From Elusimicrobia bacterium GWB2_63_22 (GTDB lineage: Bacteria > Elusimicrobiota > Elusimicrobia > Elusimicrobiales > UBA9959): a stretch of DNA of 64,000 nucleotides. The stretch lies in the NCBI GenBank assembly GCA_001799735.1, contig MGUA01000020.1, positions 7,572 to 71,571 of the forward strand, in the 5' to 3' direction. Both the position numbers and the translations under genes were made by a program. Shown here piece after piece: positions 42,551 to 51,815 of the stretch; position 1 is the stretch's first letter, and each line of letters opens with the position of its first letter. Below the pieces are notes generated by a model, which ran no database searches, was not told where the DNA came from, and saw only the letters and a program-made list of their open reading frames with translations.

Positions 42551-43993
42551 ATGGAACTCGACGAACTGCTTAAAAAATTCCGCGAATACTCCTCCCAGGA
42601 CACCACCCTGCTGGAATACGCCTGGAACTATTCCTGCGAGGCGCACCAGGAACAGAAGCGCGCCTCCGGCGAAAAATATTTCGTGCACTGCGCGGCCGTG
42701 GCGGAGATCCTGGTGGACTTCAAGATGGACCTGGAGACCGTGGCGGCCGGCCTGCTGCACGACGTGCTGGAGGACACCAAGATCCCCCACGAGACCTTCC
42801 GCAAGGAGTTCGGAGAGGAGATCTACACGCTGGTGGCCGGCGTAACCAAGATCGAGACGCTGAAATTCTCATCGCGCGACGAGGCCCAGGCCGAGAACTG
42901 GCGCAAGATGATCCTGGCCACCGCCAAGGATATCCGCGTCATCGTGATAAAGCTGGCCGACCGCCTGCACAACATGCGCACGCTGAATTTCCTCTCGCGA
43001 GAGAAGCAGATGGAGATCAGCCACGAGACCATCTCCCTGTACGCCCCGCTGGCGCAGCGCCTCGGCATCTTCCACCTGAAGTCGGAGCTGGAAGACCTCT
43101 CTTTCAAGTACCTGCACCCCGACGAATACCAGAGCCTGCTGGCCAAGGTGCAGCTGCGCTACGCCATGCGCGAGAAGCTGCTGGAGGATTTCCGCAAGGA
43201 GCTGGAGGCGCACCTCGCCGGCGCCAACGTGCCGCACCGCGTGCTGGCCCGCGTGAAGAACCTCTACTCCATCTACCGCAAGATGCTGCGCCAGGAGAAG
43301 CCGTTCGAGGAGATCCAGGACGCCCTCGCCGTGCGCGTCATCACCGACACCGTCATCAACTGCTACGCGCTGCTGGGCACCGTGCATTCGGTCTTCAAGC
43401 CGGTGGCCGGCTCGTTTACCGACTATATCGCCGTGCCCAAGATGAACCTCTACCAGAGCCTCCACACCAGCGTGATGGCCGGCACCGGCGAGGTCATAGA
43501 GATCCAGATCCGCACCGAGGACATGCACCGCACCTCCGAGTACGGCATCGCCGCCCACTGGCGCTACAAGCTGGGCGACAAGGGCGCCGACAAGCACCTC
43601 GACGAGAAGCTCAACTGGCTGCGCCAGTGGATGGAGTGGCTGCAGGACCTCTCCAGCCCGCGCGAATTCATAGAGAGTTTCAAGACCGACCTGGAGCTGG
43701 ACCAGATCTTCATCTTCACCCCTAAGGGCGACGTGAAGCCGCTCCCCGTGGACGCCACGCCCATAGATTTCGCCTACACCATCCATACCGACATCGGCAA
43801 CACCTGCATCGGCGCCAAGGTGAACAACAAGATGGTGCGCCTCGACCACCCCATGAAGAGCGGCGACATCTGCGAGATCATCACGCGCAGGAACTCCGCC
43901 CCGAAGAAGGACTGGCTGGGCACGGTAAAGACCGCCGGCGCCCGCTCGCACATCCGCAAGTACCTGCGCGAGCACGGCCAGCCGCAGGAGTAG
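42551..43993 (+). CDS. rel: Bifunctional (p)ppGpp synthetase/hydrolase, short form (HD + synthetase + TGS only)
   Basis: 480 aa with the HD motif (HCAAVAEIL...LLHDVLEDT), the synthetase region (RVKNLYSIYRKM, DYIA.PK.N.YQSLHT, EIQIRT..MH), and TGS (IFIFTPKGDV..LP..ATPIDFAY.IH...G). It ends directly after TGS. Confidence 0.9.
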   Translation: MELDELLKKFREYSSQDTTLLEYAWNYSCEAHQEQKRASGEKYFVHCAAVAEILVDFKMDLETVAAGLLHDVLEDTKIPHETFRKEFGEEIYTLVAGVTKIETLKFSSRDEAQAENWRKMILATAKDIRVIVIKLADRLHNMRTLNFLSREKQMEISHETISLYAPLAQRLGIFHLKSELEDLSFKYLHPDEYQSLLAKVQLRYAMREKLLEDFRKELEAHLAGANVPHRVLARVKNLYSIYRKMLRQEKPFEEIQDALAVRVITDTVINCYALLGTVHSVFKPVAGSFTDYIAVPKMNLYQSLHTSVMAGTGEVIEIQIRTEDMHRTSEYGIAAHWRYKLGDKGADKHLDEKLNWLRQWMEWLQDLSSPREFIESFKTDLELDQIFIFTPKGDVKPLPVDATPIDFAYTIHTDIGNTCIGAKVNNKMVRLDHPMKSGDICEIITRRNSAPKKDWLGTVKTAGARSHIRKYLREHGQPQE

Positions 43994-43995
43994 GC

Positions 43996-44370
43996 GTGAA
44001 CTTTCCGGAACTCTCCGACATAACGGCCGCCAAGATGGAGGCCCTGAAAGCCCGGATCGCCCGGCTGGGCATAGACCTGCGGCTGGTGGACGAGCAGTTC
44101 ACCCGCGGCAGCGGCAACGGCGGGCAGAAGATAAACAAAACCTCCAACGCGGTGCTGCTGCGCTACCCGGCCCTGGGCCTGGTGGTAAAGTGCCAGCGCG
44201 AGCGCAAGCGCTCGCTCAACCGCTTCATAGCCCTGAGGGAACTGGTGGACGAGATAGAAGTGAGGATCTCCCCGGCCACCTCGGAAAGGCTCAGGGAGAT
44301 AGCCCGCATCCGCAAGAAGAAAGCCCGCAGGCGCGCGCCGCGGCCCGACGGAGGCCAGGATGAAAGCTGA
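43996..44370 (+). CDS. arfB: GGQ-domain peptidyl-tRNA hydrolase, ArfB/ICT1-like ribosome rescue factor
   Basis: 124 aa with RGSGNGGQKINKTSNAV (GGQ motif) and a basic C-terminal tail (IRKKKARRRAPRP). GTG start. Confidence 0.75.
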   Translation: MNFPELSDITAAKMEALKARIARLGIDLRLVDEQFTRGSGNGGQKINKTSNAVLLRYPALGLVVKCQRERKRSLNRFIALRELVDEIEVRISPATSERLREIARIRKKKARRRAPRPDGGQDES

Positions 44371-45355
44371 ACAGAAAACTTACCGGAAAATACTGCTCAT
44401 ACTGCTGGGCCGGCTGGGCGACTACATCATCACCACGCCTTTCCTGGAAGGCTTAAGGAAGGCGTACCCGGGCGCCGAGATCACCCTCATCACCTCGGCC
44501 AAGGCCGCCGGTCTGGCCACCGGCAACCCTGACCTGGACAAGGTAGTGGTCTTCAAAGGCTGGCATCACCCGCCGAGCACGCTAAAGATGTTCGCCGCCG
44601 CCTGGCGCCGCTGCGACCTGGCCATAGACCTGAACCCGGCCTACAGCCGGGCCTCGCTGTCCCTGATGCGCCTGGCGCGTGCGCCGGAGCGCATCGCCTT
44701 CGAGAAAAAAGCCCCCGCCGGCGTCTACACCCTCACGCTCCCGCACGACCTGGAGCGGGACCATTTCATGGAGAAGTACGTAGCCCTGGCGGAACGCCTG
44801 GGCTTTACCCCGCCGGAGAGCATGCGCGTGACCCTGCCGCCGGACGTGCTGGCGGAGGGCGGCCGGCTGGTGGACGGCCTCGGTTTCCCGCAAGGGGACG
44901 TGATAGTCGCCATACACCCAGGCAACTTCAAGAAGTACGAGAACCGCTGGCCCGAAGACAAGTTCGTAGCGTTCACGAAGGCGCTACTCAAAAAGCAAGG
45001 AATCTCGGTTTTTTACCTGGTGGGTCTGGGCGAGGAAAAAGAAACGGCAGACGGCATCCTGCGCCACCTGCCCGGCGTGAAGCACATCCCCCCTAAATCC
45101 CAGGAACTGACCGCCGGCATACTAAAGCACTGCTCCATCCTGGTCTGCAACAGCACCGGCACGCTGCACCTGGCCGCCGCGGCCGGCGTGCCCACCTTCT
45201 CCTTCAACCGGCCCTACAACGAGAAATGCTGGAAGCCGAAGGGCAGCATCCACTCCGCCATCGTTTCCAAGGGCCACAAGACCTGCCGGGACATAGAGGT
45301 AGCCGACGCGGCAGAGGCTTTCTGCCGCGCCCTGGAAGGGTTGAAAAAGAATTAA
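44360..45355 (+). CDS. Family 9 glycosyltransferase (LPS heptosyltransferase-like)
   Basis: 331 aa with ILLILLGRLGDYIITTPF, IHPG......RWP...F, and NSTGTLHLAAA.G.P. These are typical GT9 motifs. Confidence 0.8.
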   Translation: MKAEQKTYRKILLILLGRLGDYIITTPFLEGLRKAYPGAEITLITSAKAAGLATGNPDLDKVVVFKGWHHPPSTLKMFAAAWRRCDLAIDLNPAYSRASLSLMRLARAPERIAFEKKAPAGVYTLTLPHDLERDHFMEKYVALAERLGFTPPESMRVTLPPDVLAEGGRLVDGLGFPQGDVIVAIHPGNFKKYENRWPEDKFVAFTKALLKKQGISVFYLVGLGEEKETADGILRHLPGVKHIPPKSQELTAGILKHCSILVCNSTGTLHLAAAAGVPTFSFNRPYNEKCWKPKGSIHSAIVSKGHKTCRDIEVADAAEAFCRALEGLKKN

Positions 45356-47169
45356 TTTTTACTGAACTTCTTGGCTTCCGCCTGGAAGGACAGCAGCAGC
45401 GGGGTAAAAACTTTAACCCGTTCTTTCCCAGCTTCCTGGTAAGCCCCGTCGTAAACCGTTACCCCGCCCCGGTAGGCCTCCAGCGGCATCACCAGGGTTT
45501 CCCCCCCGCGTATTATCGCCGCCGTATCCCAGGAAAAAGACGTCACGAACTCCCTGTCGCCGGGAGCGAACAGGTCCCGCCCGCTTGAATAGTCGGAGGG
45601 CGGGTTCTTCACGCCCGCCAGCCCCAGCAGCGCGGCGGGCAGGTCCAGGTGGCTGGTGACGGCGTTCACTACGGCCGGGGCGCGGCCGGGCCGGTAGAAC
45701 AGCAGCGGCACGCGCACCTCTTCCTCGCTGTAGGCCTGGTTATGCCCGTAGTAGCCCTTCTCAAAGAAAGGCTCGCCGTGGTCGCCCGCCACTACTATCA
45801 CCGTGTCCTTCATGCCGCCGGTCTCGCGCACGGTCTTCAGGATGCGGCCGATCAGGTGGTCGTCGTAATGAATGGAGTTCTTGTACTTATTGAAGAGCGG
45901 CAGGACGTTATCCTTGTTCAGGCGCAACAGGTTGACCGCGGCTGAAGGCTTGAACTTCTCGAAGGCCGGCTCGTAGTCGTAGCTGCCGTGGGAGGCGTCG
46001 TAGAAGATGAAGGAGAAATACGGCTTTTTAGGGTCCCGGGCCTTCAGATACTCCATGAATTTCTCCGAGATATCCCTGTCGCGCAGGGCGCCGTCGGTCC
46101 CAGCCGGCTCGTCGTAAATGCCGCTCCGCGGCACCTCCACGAAGCAGGTCTTATTGAACTCGGGGAAGCTCAGCTTTGAGGCGGAGAACAGCCGCAGGTC
46201 GTAACCCTGCTCTTTCAGCACGTCCAGCAGCACCGGGCCGCGCCGCTCGCCCAGCATGTGGAACCAGTAGTTGCCGTACAGCCCGTAGAAAAGCGAGAAG
46301 ACGCCGAAGCGGGTGCAGTTGCCGCCGCTGTAATGATTGCGGAAGACGGCGGCTTTTTTCCCCAGCGCCCAGGTCTCCGGCATAGTCTCCGGGCTCAGCA
46401 TGTCGTAGCGCATGGAATCCACCACGATCAGCAGCACGTTGAGCGGCCTGGCCGGGAGTTCGGTCCGCAGCGCGACCTTGGGATAATCCAGCCCCGAATA
46501 GCGCGGGTCTATGCCGGCATCCACTTCGCTGTCGAGCTTCACCCCGAGGTAGCGGCTGGCGAAACTCCGCACGCTGACCTTCTGGTACAGCGGGAACAGC
46601 TGGCCGTTGCGGGTTATGTGTACCGAGTCCGTCAGCGAGCCCCAGGCGAACAGGCCTTTGTCGGCCAGCACGCAGAGCAGCAGCGCCCCGGCTGCCGCCA
46701 GGACCCGGCGCCGGGTAAGCCCCGCCGCCAGCCGGGGGGAGAGGCGCAGGAAGTACCACTGCGCGCCAAAGGCCAGCACTGCGGCCAGCACGAACAGCGC
46801 CTTGGTGAGCCAGCCCTGGTCCAGCGATTCCAGGCCGCCGGGGGTCAGCACCAGGTTCAGCGCCATCGAATTCAGGTGGAAATGGAAGATCTTGTAGATG
46901 GAAATGTCGGTTATCAGCGCCAGCTGCAGGGCGCCGGCCAGGAAGGCCAGGACGGCGCGGCCCGCGGCAAAGAAGGACAGGAGCGCGGCAGCCAGCGCCA
47001 GCGGGGCGTAGATCATGGCCGTGTTGGAGACCAGCGCCAGCGCGGCAAAGGCCAGGCCCAGCGGGTGGGACCCCGCGAAAAGCAGGAAAAAGGAACAAAT
47101 GAACAGCGACAGGCAGTAGTTCAGGGCCAGGAAAATGCCGGTGCGGCTGAAGTTATCTTTGACCATCAT
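45352..47169 (-). CDS. Membrane-anchored sulfatase-superfamily protein (YejM/LapC-like or phosphoethanolamine/LTA-synthase-like)
   Basis: 605 aa with ~5 N-terminal TM helices, then the alkaline-phosphatase-superfamily core (NVLLIVVDSMRYD, ...GDHGE...). Confidence 0.8.
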   Translation of the reverse strand: MMVKDNFSRTGIFLALNYCLSLFICSFFLLFAGSHPLGLAFAALALVSNTAMIYAPLALAAALLSFFAAGRAVLAFLAGALQLALITDISIYKIFHFHLNSMALNLVLTPGGLESLDQGWLTKALFVLAAVLAFGAQWYFLRLSPRLAAGLTRRRVLAAAGALLLCVLADKGLFAWGSLTDSVHITRNGQLFPLYQKVSVRSFASRYLGVKLDSEVDAGIDPRYSGLDYPKVALRTELPARPLNVLLIVVDSMRYDMLSPETMPETWALGKKAAVFRNHYSGGNCTRFGVFSLFYGLYGNYWFHMLGERRGPVLLDVLKEQGYDLRLFSASKLSFPEFNKTCFVEVPRSGIYDEPAGTDGALRDRDISEKFMEYLKARDPKKPYFSFIFYDASHGSYDYEPAFEKFKPSAAVNLLRLNKDNVLPLFNKYKNSIHYDDHLIGRILKTVRETGGMKDTVIVVAGDHGEPFFEKGYYGHNQAYSEEEVRVPLLFYRPGRAPAVVNAVTSHLDLPAALLGLAGVKNPPSDYSSGRDLFAPGDREFVTSFSWDTAAIIRGGETLVMPLEAYRGGVTVYDGAYQEAGKERVKVFTPLLLSFQAEAKKFSKN

Positions 47170-47222
47170 CGTTGACCAATATCAATAATTCGACTAATTT
47201 TATATACTAATTATACTATCTT

Positions 47223-48332
47223 ATGAAACTGCCAAGAACCCTATTTAGCGCGGCACTTCTCTCCTTCTCCCTCCTCTCCCAGGCCCCTGCCTTCGAGCTG
47301 GACTCCCTGGGCGCCTCCGACATACAGGAGCTGGCCGCGGACCTGAGCCTGCCGGAACCCCGCCTGGCCTACGCGGAAGCCATTACCCCTAAAAACGGCC
47401 TGGACCCGGTGGTTATAACCATCCCCGGCCTCAAGTTCGGAGAGATCGGTTTCGGCTCTATGGAGCTGAGGAATGTCCTGCGGTTCATCCAGTTCTTCAT
47501 GCGCGACAAGGAAATTACCGAAGCCGACATCGCCAACGGCATCGTCGCCTTCAGCCCGCGCTATTTCTTTCCCCAGGAAGAAGAGGACGGCGCGGAGGCG
47601 AAGTACGATCCCGCCCGCCTGGCCGACAACTACCTGGAAGAGAAACTCAAAGAGATCCCCGGCTACGACCAGCACAACGTGATAGTGGTGCCCTTCGCCT
47701 GGTCGCGCGACCCCGGCGACACCAAGGCCACCCTGCCCGAATTGCAGGCCCGGATAATCGAGATTTACGACACCTATAAGAAAACCGGCCGCCCGGTCTA
47801 CATCCTGGCCCACAGCTGGGGCTCGGTGCTGGCCCATACGGCCCTGCACCGCGTCGGCCGCGAGCGCCCCGACGTGCGGATAGACAAGCTTATTACCGCC
47901 GGCTCGCCTCTGGTGCCCGGCAATTTCGTGGTAAAAATGTTCATAAAGATAGAGGTGGCCAAGGAGAAGCTGGAGAAGCGGGTCTCCAAGCCGGCCGTGG
48001 TGGGAGTCTGGCGCAATATCTGGGCCATGCGCGACGCCTACTCCAACGAGATCCCCGCCGCCGACTCCAACTTCCAGGCTGACGTCGACGTTGAGAACGT
48101 AGAACCCACCCTGATCAACCTGATCCTCCACAACAAGCTGCTCAAGAAAGAAGCCCGCCGGGACCTTTTCAAGATCCGCGACATCAAAGCCTGGCACGGC
48201 TCGTATTTCTTCGACTACCAGGCCTCGCTGACCTCGATACAGAAAGAGATCTTCGTGCCGGTGTTCCGGCCCGTGCTGGCCCCGCAGGTGGTGGATTGTT
48301 CCAAAACACCCGCCCCCATGTGCGTCCCCTGA
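47223..48332 (+). CDS. Exported alpha/beta-hydrolase (lipase/esterase-like)
   Basis: 369 aa. Signal peptide and a nucleophile-elbow motif, AHSWGS (GxSxG-type). No SD sequence upstream. Family not resolved. Confidence 0.55.
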   Translation: MKLPRTLFSAALLSFSLLSQAPAFELDSLGASDIQELAADLSLPEPRLAYAEAITPKNGLDPVVITIPGLKFGEIGFGSMELRNVLRFIQFFMRDKEITEADIANGIVAFSPRYFFPQEEEDGAEAKYDPARLADNYLEEKLKEIPGYDQHNVIVVPFAWSRDPGDTKATLPELQARIIEIYDTYKKTGRPVYILAHSWGSVLAHTALHRVGRERPDVRIDKLITAGSPLVPGNFVVKMFIKIEVAKEKLEKRVSKPAVVGVWRNIWAMRDAYSNEIPAADSNFQADVDVENVEPTLINLILHNKLLKKEARRDLFKIRDIKAWHGSYFFDYQASLTSIQKEIFVPVFRPVLAPQVVDCSKTPAPMCVP

Positions 48333-48407
48333 CGCTCCAGGCCGCGCCCCGAAGCCCGCTACGGCGGGCTTTGTTTTTGGGAGCCGCATATTTGGGATAA
48401 TATACCT

Positions 48408-49430
48408 ATGGACTTTAAAAAGCTTACTGTTTTCTTTAAAGAGAACGGCGTGCCCGCCTTCCGCCTGAAGCAGGTGCAGGACGCCATCTACAAGAACTTC
48501 GCCGTCTCCTGGGACGAGATCCCGGTGCTGCCCGCCCCGCTGAGAGAGAAGCTGAAGCCCGAACTGCGCATAAACTCCCTGGACACCCTGGAAACCCAGG
48601 TCTCCAAAAGAGGCAACGCCATAAAGTTCTGCTTCGAGCTGAAGGACGGGCTCAAGATCGAGACCGTGCTGCTCAACCTCATCCCGGAGAAGTGGAGCAT
48701 CTGCATTTCCACCCAGGTCGGCTGCCCGGTGCGCTGCCCTTTCTGCGCCACCGGCAAGAAAGGCCTCAAGCGCAATCTTTCCCCCGACGAGATCACCGAC
48801 CAGTTCCTGGCGGCCGCCAGTTTTCTCAAGAAAACGCGGAACCACAAGATCGCCAGCGTCATCTTCATGGGCATGGGCGAGCCGTTCTACAACTACGAAG
48901 CCGTGGGCGAAGCCATCCACGCTATGACCGACCCCGCCCGCATCGGCCTGGGCCAGCGCCACGTCTCCGTCTCCACCGCCGGGCATGTGCCCGCCATACG
49001 CCGCTTCGCCAAGGACTTCCCGCAGTGCAACCTGGCGGTCTCGCTGCACGCCGCCGACGACACCCTGCGCACCGACCTGGTGCCGCTCAACCGCACCTAC
49101 CCGCTCTCGCAGCTGGCCAAGGCGCTCACCGACTACATCGTCATGACCAAGCGCAAAGTGTTCGTGGAATACGTGCTGATGGACGGCATCAACAACAGCC
49201 GCTCCTCGGCGGCCAAGCTGAACTCCTGGCTGCGCGCGGTGGCGGCCCCCAAGTACTTCACCATCAACCTCATCACCTACAACCGCACCGGCGGCCCCTA
49301 CAGGGCCCCCGCCAAGGACCGCGTCAGCGTTTTCGCCGGCATCCTGGAGGATTGCGGCTTCGAAGTCACCATCCGCAAAAGCCTCGGCGACGACATAGAC
49401 GGCGCCTGCGGCCAGCTGGCCGGAAAGTAG
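48408..49430 (+). CDS. rlmN: 23S rRNA/tRNA adenine-C2 methyltransferase RlmN (radical SAM)
   Basis: 340 aa with FR.KQ...A.Y, CISTQVGCPVRCPFCATG, MGMGEP..N, SLHA..D..R and DIDGACGQL. Confidence 0.9.
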   Translation: MDFKKLTVFFKENGVPAFRLKQVQDAIYKNFAVSWDEIPVLPAPLREKLKPELRINSLDTLETQVSKRGNAIKFCFELKDGLKIETVLLNLIPEKWSICISTQVGCPVRCPFCATGKKGLKRNLSPDEITDQFLAAASFLKKTRNHKIASVIFMGMGEPFYNYEAVGEAIHAMTDPARIGLGQRHVSVSTAGHVPAIRRFAKDFPQCNLAVSLHAADDTLRTDLVPLNRTYPLSQLAKALTDYIVMTKRKVFVEYVLMDGINNSRSSAAKLNSWLRAVAAPKYFTINLITYNRTGGPYRAPAKDRVSVFAGILEDCGFEVTIRKSLGDDIDGACGQLAGK

Positions 49431-49433
49431 GCG

Positions 49434-51011
49434 CTAAACCGCGGCCTGTTGCGCCGCCTCCACGGCCCGGATGGCGTCGGAGGCCGCGCTGGTTATGCCG
49501 CCGGTATAACCCGAGCCTTCCCCTATCGGATAGAGCCCGGGCAGGCTTGCCGATTCAAAATTATCCCCGCGCTTTATTTTTACAGGCGAAGAGGTCCTCG
49601 TCTCCGGCCCCATCAGCATGGCGTCGCCCGCCACGAACAGCGGGCACTCTCCGGCCCATTTCTTAAAAGCGGCGCGCAGCGTTTCAGTCACAAAGGCCGG
49701 GAAGATGGCGGCCAGGTCCGCGCTCCGCAAGCCCATTTTATAGGAGCTCCCGTTTAAAACTGCGGAAGGCCTTCCCTCCAGGAAGTCGGGGAGGTTCTGC
49801 GCCGGCGCCCGCCAGTCGCCGCCGCCGGCCAGAAAGGCCCTGCGCTCTATCGCCTTCTGGAATTCAGCCCCGGCCAGCGGATGGCCCGGGCCGTAATCCG
49901 CGGCGCCGCAGGTTACCACGATGGCGGCATTCGAGAACGCCGACGCCCTGGCCGCGTAGCTCATCCCGTTAAGCGCCAGCCCGCCCTCCTCGGAGGAGGC
50001 GTTGACCACCTCGCCGCCAGGGCACATGCAGAAAGTGTACGCGCCGCGGCCCGCCTTGCGGTCGGTATAGTTGAACGAGTAGGCGGCCGCCCCGATACCG
50101 GGGAAAGCGCGGTACTTCGCCCCGTACCTGATAAGGTTGATCTTGTCGGCCGGATGCTCCAGCCGCACCCCCACCGAAACCGGCTTAGCCTCCAGGCTGA
50201 CGCCCTTTTCATGCAGCATGCCGAAGGTGTCGCGCGCCGAATTGCCGGGCGCGAAAAAAACACCCGAGCCCGCGTATTCCGCCGAACCGTTCACAACAAC
50301 CCCGGCCGCGCGGCCACCGGCGATCAGGATGTCCGTCACCTTGGCGCCGTAATATATTTCCCCTCCGCGCTCTAATATGTAGTTCCGCACGTTGAGAACT
50401 ATCCGGCGCAGCACATCGGTGCCCAGGTGCGGCTTGCTGACATAGCCGATCTCCGCCGGGGCGCCGAACCTGATAAAGGTTTCCAGCACGCGGCTGGCAT
50501 AAGGAGAATTGTTGATCCGGGAGAAAAGTTTTCCGTCCGAATAGGAGCCCGCGCCGCCTTCTCCGAACTGTATGTTGGACTCGGGGTCCAGGACGCGGGC
50601 GCCGATGAACCGCTGCACGTCCAGGTGGCGCTCTTCCAGTTTTTTGCCCCTCTCGAAGATCAGAGGTTTCAGCCCGTACGCCAGCAGCTCCAGCGCCGCG
50701 AACATCCCGGCCGGGCCGAAACCGACTATCACCGGCCTGGGGCCGGCCTGCGCGGGCGGATAGGTCCGGGCCGGACCGGGAACATAAGCGGGCAGCCCCT
50801 CCGTGTTGGAGAACCCGGCGGGAACGCGCACCGCCAGGGAAAGCTGATAGTAGAATTGCTGCTGGTCTCCGAATACCGGGACCTTGGATATTATCCTGAC
50901 GAGCTCCAGTTCTCCGCAAGGAAGATTAAGCCTCAGCGCGGCGGCCTTCAAATACTCCACGGGCCCGTCGTTCTCCACAGGTACGCGCAGGCCGCTTATG
51001 ATCAGTTCCAT
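49434..51011 (-). CDS. FAD-dependent dehydrogenase (COG2509-like, uncharacterised)
   Basis: 525 aa with VIVGFGPAGMFAALEL dinucleotide motif, FERG, ...FCMCPGG.V... and ...YP.GEG.GY.GGI.SAA.DG. Confidence 0.75.
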   Translation of the reverse strand: MELIISGLRVPVENDGPVEYLKAAALRLNLPCGELELVRIISKVPVFGDQQQFYYQLSLAVRVPAGFSNTEGLPAYVPGPARTYPPAQAGPRPVIVGFGPAGMFAALELLAYGLKPLIFERGKKLEERHLDVQRFIGARVLDPESNIQFGEGGAGSYSDGKLFSRINNSPYASRVLETFIRFGAPAEIGYVSKPHLGTDVLRRIVLNVRNYILERGGEIYYGAKVTDILIAGGRAAGVVVNGSAEYAGSGVFFAPGNSARDTFGMLHEKGVSLEAKPVSVGVRLEHPADKINLIRYGAKYRAFPGIGAAAYSFNYTDRKAGRGAYTFCMCPGGEVVNASSEEGGLALNGMSYAARASAFSNAAIVVTCGAADYGPGHPLAGAEFQKAIERRAFLAGGGDWRAPAQNLPDFLEGRPSAVLNGSSYKMGLRSADLAAIFPAFVTETLRAAFKKWAGECPLFVAGDAMLMGPETRTSSPVKIKRGDNFESASLPGLYPIGEGSGYTGGITSAASDAIRAVEAAQQAAV

Positions 51012-51017
51012 GTCGGG

Positions 51018-51638
51018 CTACAGACCCCGTGCCGCTTCTTTTACGGCGGCAGCCGCGGCCCTGACCAGCAGGTCCAGCGGCAGCGACGGGGAGATCCTCG
51101 GACCCGGCTTTTCTTTAAGGGCCATCTCGGTGCTCACCGGCAGGTGAACAAAAGCGTATATAGCCGGCAAGCCGGAGAGCTCTATGGCCCGCAGCGCCGC
51201 ATACATCAGCGTGTTGCAGACATAGCCGCCGGCGTGGTTGCTGACGTAGGCGGGCACGCCGGCCCGACGCACGGCCGCCGCCAGTGCCAGCGGGGCGGCG
51301 GTCACGGCGTAGGCCGCCGGCCCGCCGGCGTCCAGCTTTTTCCCCTCCGGCCGCCAGCCGGCGTTATCTTTTATCCGGTAATCGGCGATGTTGACGGCAA
51401 AGCGCTCCACCCTCACGGCAGCCTCTCCGGCCGCCAGCCCCAACGAGACCACCAGATCGGGCCGGAACTTGGCGAGCAGCGACGATATTTTTTTCCCCAC
51501 GGCCCTGCCGCTGACCGGCAGCACTCCCCTGTACAGGCGCGCCCCCGCGGGCGCCCTGAGGGCCTTCATCACGCGCAGCGTCGGGTTTTCGCTCCGCCCG
51601 TCAAAAGGTTCGAAAGCTGTTACCAGTATTTTTTTCAT
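51018..51638 (-). CDS. pcp: Pyroglutamyl-peptidase I
   Basis: 206 aa with KILVTAFEPF.G...NP, ...G.AAGE, SN.AG.YVCN and FVH.P. Confidence 0.85.
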   Translation of the reverse strand: MKKILVTAFEPFDGRSENPTLRVMKALRAPAGARLYRGVLPVSGRAVGKKISSLLAKFRPDLVVSLGLAAGEAAVRVERFAVNIADYRIKDNAGWRPEGKKLDAGGPAAYAVTAAPLALAAAVRRAGVPAYVSNHAGGYVCNTLMYAALRAIELSGLPAIYAFVHLPVSTEMALKEKPGPRISPSLPLDLLVRAAAAAVKEAARGL

Positions 51639-51759
51639 GTCTGTATCCTTAAGCGTTTAAACCGCGCGGGCTGGACGGCGGCTCCATTCGATAATTCTAT
51701 AATCCTTAGCCCCCCGTTACAATGGGCGCGCCTCTGTTCTGCGGGCTCCGGCTATGGGT

Positions 51760-51797
51760 TAAGATAAAAGAGCCCCGGAGTTTAATCCGGGGCTCTT
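51760..51797 (-). terminator. Intrinsic terminator downstream of the thiolase gene
   Basis: 11-bp stem aagagccccgg (51768..51778) pairs with ccggggctctt (51787..51797), with an 8-nt loop. It is followed on the minus-strand transcript by UUUAUCUU. Confidence 0.6.
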
Positions 51798-51815
51798 CCA
51801 TGTTTCAGGCTAAGC

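Noticed and set aside
47241-49049. 602-aa minus-strand ORF
   Set aside because: It spans two plus-strand genes, the lipase-like gene and rlmN, which has canonical motifs. A real gene would not run antisense to both. Low-complexity translation.
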